From an uncultured Isosphaeraceae bacterium (GTDB taxonomy: Bacteria > Planctomycetota > GCA-002687715), in contig CAZDQF010000005.1 in assembly GCA_964507445.1 (NCBI GenBank), positions 38,436-102,435 of the forward strand: DNA of 64,000 bases. The letters are read 5' to 3'. The translations under genes and the position numbers were made by a program. The notes under the pieces are model-generated. The model ran no database searches. It worked only from the letters and a program-made list of their open reading frames with translations, and had not been told where the DNA came from. Below are positions 9,244 through 16,900 of this stretch, piece by piece (within the stretch, counting starts at the first letter, position 1; each line of letters begins with the position of its first letter).

Positions 9244-10736
9244 CCGTACGCCCGGGTAGCGCCGCGCAGGACTGACGCCAGCGCGGTCAGCTGCGACGGA
9301 CGGAACCCGTAGGAGAAGACCACCGTAGCGGCCACGTCGGCCACAGCCACGGCGTCGAAGGGACTGCGGATGGCCGCCACGACGGCGTTCGGGTGCTCCT
9401 CCAGGCAACGCCTCGCGTATCGGGCCTGGGACGGGATGAACCGTGCGTTGGTGGTCGCGACGACGAGGGCGCGCCCGGCGGCGGCGGCCAGCACTTCGTC
9501 GACCTCGGCCTCCGTCGGCTCCGTGGAGAGCTTCATCACCTCGGTCTCGCCGAGGGCTTCCGCCAGGACCTCGCCGTCCTCTTCACCGCGCAGGGGGTCT
9601 TCCACCTGGGTCTCGCGACGCAGGGTCGGCAGGGCCAGCACGCAGGGACCGGCCAGGGGCAACGCGGCGCCATCCGATCGCGCGATCGTGACCGCACGGC
9701 CTGCGATGGCCGACGCGACCGTGGCTCCGTGTTCGGGATCAGGAGGCGCAGCGCTGTCATGGACTGGCAGGGATGCGAGGCGCTCGTGCACGCGATCCGC
9801 GTCTCCATACCAGGATGCGCCCTCGCTCAATCCGCCCCTGAGCAGCTCCGCCGCCCGGAGGTGAAGCCGCGCGTCGTGGGCGATGCACAGCACGTCGTGG
9901 CCGGCGGCGCACGCCCCCCGGACCACGTCGTCGAATCCGAAGTGGCGCTCCATGGCGCCCATCTCCAGATCATCAGAGACCACGACGCCGTCGAAGCCGA
10001 GTTCGTCACGGAGCAGGCCCTCCACCACGGGACGGGAGAGGGTCGCAGGGCGGTCCCGGTCCAGCCCTCCGAACACGACGTGGGAGGTCATGACCAGCGG
10101 CGCTCCGGCCAGCAAGCAGGCTCGGAACGGCAGCAGGTGCGGCTCCTGATCCCCGGGAGGTATCACGGGGAGGTCCAGGTGAGCGTCGACGGTGGCGTCC
10201 CCCTTGCCGGGGAAGTGCTTCAACGTCGGCAACACGCCACCCCGCAGGGTGCCGCGCACCAGAGCCGCGCCCAACCGGGTGACCAGCTCCGGGGACGCTC
10301 CGAAGCTGCGGATCGTGACCCCCGGGTTGTCGTCTCGGGTGGCGAGATCCAGGACCGGCGCCAGGTTGACCCGGATTCCGAGGTCGAACAACTCCCGCGC
10401 GGAGGCCTCGCCCTGCTGCTCCGCCAGGTGCTCGCCCATGGACGGCTCCGGGAACGTCACCGCTCCGAGCGCCATGTTCCCCGGGAAGACCGTCAACTCA
10501 CGATGAAAGCGGGTGACGAGCCCCCCCTCGTGATCCACCGAGATCACCAGGTCCTCCCCGAGGAGCTCGTGGAGTCCGGCGATCAACGCTCGCACGCCTG
10601 CGAGAGACTGGACGTTGCGCCGAAAGAGCACGACCCCGCCGGGCCGCACGGCCCGCAGCAGATCGCACGTGGAGTCGTCCAGATCGGGACCCGGGATCCC
10701 GATCCAGAGGCGACGGGTCGCCGGATCAGAAGTCAC
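9228..10736 (-). CDS. nagZ: beta-N-acetylhexosaminidase (GH3) with C-terminal domain
   Basis: KHFPGKGDATVDAHLDLPVI matches the NagZ KHFPGHG...DSH region, and the GH3 N-terminal fold is present. GTG start 10736 has an AGGAGAA ribosome-binding site 6 nt upstream. The 3' end overlaps the aminotransferase 3' end by 16 nt. Confidence 0.8.
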   Translation of the reverse strand: MTSDPATRRLWIGIPGPDLDDSTCDLLRAVRPGGVVLFRRNVQSLAGVRALIAGLHELLGEDLVISVDHEGGLVTRFHRELTVFPGNMALGAVTFPEPSMGEHLAEQQGEASARELFDLGIRVNLAPVLDLATRDDNPGVTIRSFGASPELVTRLGAALVRGTLRGGVLPTLKHFPGKGDATVDAHLDLPVIPPGDQEPHLLPFRACLLAGAPLVMTSHVVFGGLDRDRPATLSRPVVEGLLRDELGFDGVVVSDDLEMGAMERHFGFDDVVRGACAAGHDVLCIAHDARLHLRAAELLRGGLSEGASWYGDADRVHERLASLPVHDSAAPPDPEHGATVASAIAGRAVTIARSDGAALPLAGPCVLALPTLRRETQVEDPLRGEEDGEVLAEALGETEVMKLSTEPTEAEVDEVLAAAAGRALVVATTNARFIPSQARYARRCLEEHPNAVVAAIRSPFDAVAVADVAATVVFSYGFRPSQLTALASVLRGATRAYGQSPV

Positions 10737-10887
10737 GCAGTTCTCCTGGTTGGACCGTGGTTTCTCGCATCTGCCGCTCCGCTCGGGTCACGGGACAGCA
10801 ATAGCACATGGAGCGCCCCAACGGGAGGCCACCTGAGCAGCGTCACAAGCACCTCTACGCCGGGATGAAGGCCCCCGTCTGCGCCGT

Positions 10888-10901
10888 TAGGATGACCCCC
10901 C
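10888..10901 (+). promoter_or_regulatory. -10-like TAGGAT lying 8 nt upstream of the ATG of the giant flavoprotein gene
   Basis: TAGGAT at 10888-10893, then GACCCCCC, then ATG 10902. No Shine-Dalgarno sequence. Same architecture as at pepE, the PhoD-family gene, the HAD gene and the symporter gene. Confidence 0.3.
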
Positions 10902-13900
10902 ATGCCGCGGTCGAACACCAAGGTCCTGATCGTTGGAGGCGGAGCTGCGGGGATCACCGCGGCCATCGGCCTCGCCAAGCGAGACATCCCTGTGGTGGTG
11001 CTCGAGGGCGGCCTCTACGCCGGCGCCGAGAATTGGTCCGGCGCCGTCTACTTCTGTGAGAACCTCGTGCGGCCGGAGATTCTCGGAGAGGACGGCCTCG
11101 CCCAGACGCCCGTAGAGCGCCGCGTCGTCCAACGAGGCCTCCTCGCCTCCGACGGCGAGCTGGCCGTCGGCGCGTCCGTCAGATCCCCCGCCGCCTTCAA
11201 CCACTGCTACACCGTGCTGCGCCCGGTGTTCGACCACGACCTGGCCGAGAAGGCGCGGATTCACGGAGCCGAGATCCTCACCGGCACCACCGCGTTGGCG
11301 CTCCTCAGGGATGGCGACCGGGTCCGCGGGGTGCTCACGGACCGGGGCCCCATCTACGCAGATGTGGTGTTCCTCGCGGAGGGAGACGCCTCCAATCTGG
11401 TGACGCGGGAGGGGCTCGAGACCAAGAACCCTGGGGAGTCCGGGATCGTACGTCCCGAGTTTCTCCAAGGCATCAAGGAGGTGCTGCAGCTACCGGAAGG
11501 AGAGATCGAGAGGCGCTTCGGGGTTCAAGAAGGAGAGGGGGCCTGCTTCGAGATCCTCCTGCGAAATGGCACCGTGAAGGGCGCCACCGCGCCTCTCAAC
11601 GCTGGCGCGTTCCTCTACACCAACCGCGACAGCCTGAGCATCGGTCTCGTCGCACCCCTGCACAACCTCAAGCAGGTGGGCGTACGCCACAACCAGTTGA
11701 TGGAGTGGCTCAAGGGGATGCCCGCGCTCGAGGGGCTGCTGGACGGAGCCCGCCCGGTCTCTTTCGGAGCCAAGCTGATCCGAGGCGGCGGCTTCAAGGA
11801 GATGCCCCGGCTGGCCCTGGACGGGTGCGCCGTAGGAGGAGCAGCCACGGGCATCGGCCTGGACTTCCCCTGCCCCAACTACACCGGCCCCGCCACCTTC
11901 ATGGGGTGGGCGTTCTCGGAAGCGGTGGCCGACATTCTCGATGACGGCGGCGCGTTCACCCGCGAGGCCCTGGAGGCACGCTACGTCGAGACCGTGCAGT
12001 CCAGCTCGTACCTCACCGACGTGCACAGCCTGAAGGACTGGCCCGCCTTCGTCTCCGAAACCCGACACTTCTTCGACACCCAGGTGGACGTCGCCACGGC
12101 CATGGCGGACGCCGCCACGAACCCCGAACGCTCCGGGCACCTGGCCGTCGCGCGCGCCGCCCTCGACGCGACGTCCGGTCATCGCAAGGCGCTCATGGCC
12201 GAGCTCAATCGAGCCGGCGCCGCCCTCGGTTTGACCCGGGGACTCGGCAAGGACATCCTCCTCGCGGTCCCGTGGTGGGTCATCAACTGCGTCATCGGCT
12301 GGTTCCCTCGCAGGACCTCCACGGACGCAACCCTCGTCCCCCACCTGCTCCACGGCGCGGGCGTGACCCGCGAGAGCGCACCCTGGCTGATCCGGTACGT
12401 CCGCTGGATCATGGCCCCGGGTCTGGCGGAAGCTCTCCACCACCTGTATCGCAACGACGGTGCCGCCCTCCCCGAGAAGCTCCGGGCCAGCCGTCGAGCC
12501 CTGCTCAACCGGATCTCCCTGGTTGATCTGGTGCTGGCACCGCTGCTCCTCCTGGTCCTGACGCTCCTCAACCTCGTGGCCAGGCGACGGGAGACGGACC
12601 GGCGGACGGCCCTCGATCAGGTCTCCCCGGAAGTGGATCACGACTCCAAGCTGGCGTGGCTCACCTACCGCAGCGACGAACACACTCACATCCGTTTCCA
12701 CGCCGCCTACGACGAGCATGGACTGCCGGACGACGCCAGCTCCTCCCTCTTCAACGTGTGCCCCGCGTGGGTGTACAAGCAAGAGGACAGCCCCGCGGGG
12801 GACGGGTCCGTAGCGGTGCTCCACGAGAACTGCATCCGCTGCGAGACCTGCTGGCGGGCCGATGATCGACGGGTGGACTGGGGACGCACGCGGGGTCAAC
12901 GCTTGGTCTTCGAGTCCTACACCAGCGCCGACGCCTGGCTCAGGGAGTCCCGGGAGGCAGCGAACCTGGCCCGCGCCGCGCGGGCAGGAACGGCTCAGCC
13001 CATCCCGCCCATCGTGGATCCGGATCCGGTCGCCCTCGACGCCGCCGATCGTGCGGACGCATCCGCAGCCGGCACGCGGATCAGCCGTCACCTTCGGAGC
13101 TTCCGCTCCCTGATGCGACACATGCCGTCGGTCCTCCTCGGGTCGGACCGCAAGCTCCTCGATGCTCTCGGCAGAGAGGTCATCCGAGGAGTGGAGGACC
13201 TCGGCGAAGCGCTGGGCCGACACGACGCCGCGGACCTGAAGTCCCGTCGCGACGCGCTGGCGGGCTGGGTGCGACTCGCCACCGACCACCTGGACACGGA
13301 GCGCTTCTTCCACTTCGAAGCGGATCTGGGCGTGCTGGAGAGCCACCACATGGTGGAGGTTCGTGCGCTCACGGGTGTAGGCCTGTCTCGGCCGCCGCGG
13401 CGCGCCAGCTTCGGCATGGGCGCTCGTCGCGCGGCGCTCCGCGCCCTCCTGGAGCAACGGTTGGATCGCGACACCGTGGCCGCCTGTGAGGCCAGCATGC
13501 AACCGACGGACGACGCTCGCCGAGCCTTGCTGGATGTGGTCGCGGCGCTCTGCGACCCCGATTCCGGTGAACCCGTCGCCCCCGGATCCGTCGCCCGAGA
13601 CGCCGCGTTGGAGGAGATGGCCCGTTTGTCACCCTCCCTGGCTGTGCTCACGGCCGGTCATCTTGCGGTCTGTGACCTGGTCCATCGAGCGGAGACCCCC
13701 GCCCGTCCCGTCCCCGCCCTGTCGGAGGTGCGCGACGATCTGCGCACCGGACGGGTCATCGGAGGCATCCTCCGCGGGGAGTTCTGGCTCAACGACGACG
13801 CCGTGTCCGGACAGAGCGAGGCCTGCCTCCTCGGGGGGCTGGGCGTGCTCGCCCTGCCCACGGGGGATGGCTTCTGCCTGCTCGTTCCGGGCGACGACGG

Positions 13901-16900
13901 CGTGACCACACGCATCGTCGGGGGCCTCGGACTGCGCGGAGCGGGCCCCGGGACCGTAACCCTGGACGCGGTCGTGCCGCGCGCGTTCTTCTCCGGAGAA
14001 CCAGCCGGTGACTGGCTCCGTGAGCGCGCCTGTTGGGACCTGGTCGCCGTCGCGCGGGGCATGAGCGCCTACCTCCTGGAACGAGCCCTCGATCACGCCG
14101 CCTCCCGCGTCCAGTTCCCCGGCATGTTCAAGGACCACCGCGGCCGAGACTCCATCGCCAAGTTCGGCGCCGTGCAGGAGATGCTCGGCGTCATGACCGA
14201 GAACCAGGAGGTCCTGGAAGCGCTTCGTGACCGCGCGGGCATGGGCCGTCCCGCCGCTGCCCTCGCCATCAACCTGCTGGGACCCTCGCCCCGATCCACC
14301 GCCTACCTGGCCGGACAGGTCCTGGGGGGGACCGCCTACTCGGAAGAGGACCCGGTGTGTCGCTTCTTCCGCGACGCCGCCACGCTCACCCGCCTGCCGA
14401 TCCACCTGGCCCAGATCTGGGGCGAGGTGGGAGACACGGCCCTCGGCATGGGGCCGGAGGGGCCGGACCTGCCTGACCTGGACATGGAGCCACGCCCCCT
14501 GGCAGCCCCGGACGAAGCCTCCCGTCTGGTGGCGACGCCGATTCGGGACGTGGACGACGCCGTGCGAGCGTTCACCGCCGCGGTGGGTGAGCTTGAGGAG
14601 GCCGATCGCGCCGCCTTGAGGCGGGAAGTGGGGCGCCTCACCCTCGACGTCGCCGCCGTACGGGCGCTGGCGTCCCGCGTCGAAGCCCGGCTGGAAGACG
14701 GCGCCCGAGGCGGCATCTCCAGCGCCGCTCTCGAAGGGCTCTGCGAACGGACCGCCGCACGCGCGCGGCGACTGACCCTACGCCTGGGTGACGTCCCGGC
14801 GCTCTGCGAGCTTGGCCGACAGCTCCTCGACAACCACACCGTCAGCACGCCGCCCAACGGAGACGGGGCCACCTACGGTGACTACCTGAGCAGCGACGGG
14901 TCGTTCACGTCCGGCGACCTGCTGATGAAGCCGTCGCAGAACGACCTCGTCCTCACGCCCGAGCTGATCCACGCGGACCCGGAGCTCGCCGCGTTGAAGC
15001 AGCAGATCGACGACACCTGGAAGTCGCGCTACCGCGACCGCCGTCCGGGGGAAGAGCCCTACACGCGCTACGTGGAGAGGCTCCATCACGTCCCCTTGAC
15101 CGACATCCGCACCCTCCTGGACGAGGGCTACTTCCGGCTCATCATCCCCACGGCCCACGGGGGCGAGGGCGCCAAGAAGGTCGCCTACTACCTCGCCACC
15201 ACCGCCATGATGCGCCACGGGGACCCGACCCAGGCCATCATCGTCATGGGGTCCACGTCCATCGGCACGACACCGCTCCTCCTCGGCCTGGAGCAGGACC
15301 TGCCGGAGGCCCGCCGCACGCTGACCTCACTCATGGAGAGACGGGACGAGGTGGAGGCGGCCGCCGCCGGCGACGGTCAGGCACGCAAGGCGTTGCGGTC
15401 CCTCCTCGGCAACAAGGCGGTGCGCGGCCTCCTCCCCCGCGACCTCCGGGGTTGGGAGGCCAAGGTGCAGGAGGAGCTGGACTCGCTCCCCGGCCGGGAG
15501 GCGGCCCACGCGTTCTTCCTGCGGCTCATCGCCTCGGGCAGCATCTCCGCCTTCGCCCTCACCGAACCAAGCGCGGGCTCCGACACCGCCCGCGTCCGCA
15601 CCAAGGCGGAGCTCTGCCATGTTCCCGTGGAGGCCGATCCCCGGGGCTTCTGGACCTTCCGACCTGAAGGCGCTCCGGAGGACACGGTCCGGAACCTCTT
15701 CACCTACGACAGCCTCGAGTTCGCCGACGACGGGATCACCTTCGTCGGCGCGGACGGCCAGCGCACGCCGCTCGACGTCCGCGACTTCGATCACCAAGGC
15801 GACGTCCGCAGCTCGGCGGAGAGCAAGCACCGATACGTGGTCCTGGACGGCGAGCGGATCGACGTGCACGACATCGGCAGGGTGACGGAGCAGGACGGAG
15901 CCACGGTCTACCCCTACTACCGGGTCAACGGCGCCAAGATGTGGATCACCAACGGTTCCACCGCCGGCGTCATGATCCTGTACGCCAGGACCGGACGCGG
16001 ACCCACAGGGTTCATGCTCGACGCCCACGCCGAGGGTCTCGTCATCGGCAAGGACGAAGAGAAGATGGGGCAGCGTGGCTCGGCCACCAACGAGCTGGCC
16101 CTGAGCGACGTGCGCATCCCACGGGATCAGGTCATCGGCATCGAAGGCCGCGGCCAGGAGAACGCCCTCGAGACGCTGAACGTGGGCAGGGCCGGACTGG
16201 CGGTGAGCTGCACCGGGCTGATCCAGGAGGTGGTGGAGGACCTGCGCGCGCACTTCTCCGATGACGACGCGGAGCCCACACCGGAGCAGCTCCTCGAACT
16301 CGGGAAGATCGCCCTGGACGCGGTGAACGCGGAGTCCCTCGGGTGGCAACTGGCGGGGCGCTTCGACCACGGCGGCACGGTCTCCGTGCGGATGGAGTCG
16401 GCCCTGGCCAAGGCCTCCAACACGGAGGCCTATCACCGGGTCCTCACCCGCGCCGAGCGCGTCCTCAGTCCACGATTCGTCCTCGACGACCACGAGTTGG
16501 AGAAGCGGCGCCGGGACGCGCGGGTCCTCACCATCTACGAGGGGACCAGCGAGATCCAGCGCTTCCTCATGCTGAGAGACCTGGTGGACGGCCTGAGGGA
16601 AGATCAGGGGCAAGGCGCTCCGGAGACGGAGCTGTGGGGTCCGTTCTCCGCAGCGCGAGGCGACCTCTTCAAGCATGTGGGCGCCGTTCAGCGAGGGCTC
16701 GGCCCCCGCGCCTGGCAGCAGGCGGGGCTTCAGCCGGTGGTCTTCCCGCTTGTGGAGGGGCTCATGGCGCTCGGTGGCTACACCGCCACCGTCCAGAGGC
16801 TGCAGGTCGCCGAACGGCTGCTGGACGAGAACGACCCGGCGGCGGCGGAGCTGCTCGGGTTCATTCGACGCGCCGCCCAGCTCAGCGGAGAGGACCTGGA

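Noticed and set aside
11490-13502. Long ORFs on the strand opposite to recognised genes: 9393-10868 (+), 11490-13502 (-), 15327-17564 (-), 24407-26254 (-), 32232-33980 (-), 36549-37856 (+), 44595-46571 (+), 49594-51204 (-), 52935-55490 (+) and 61950-63701 (-).
   Set aside because: Their translations are Arg/Pro/Gly/Ala-rich and low-complexity with no family motifs. They lie antisense to genes with strong motif support. At 70% GC, stop codons are rare in all frames, so ORF length alone is not evidence.
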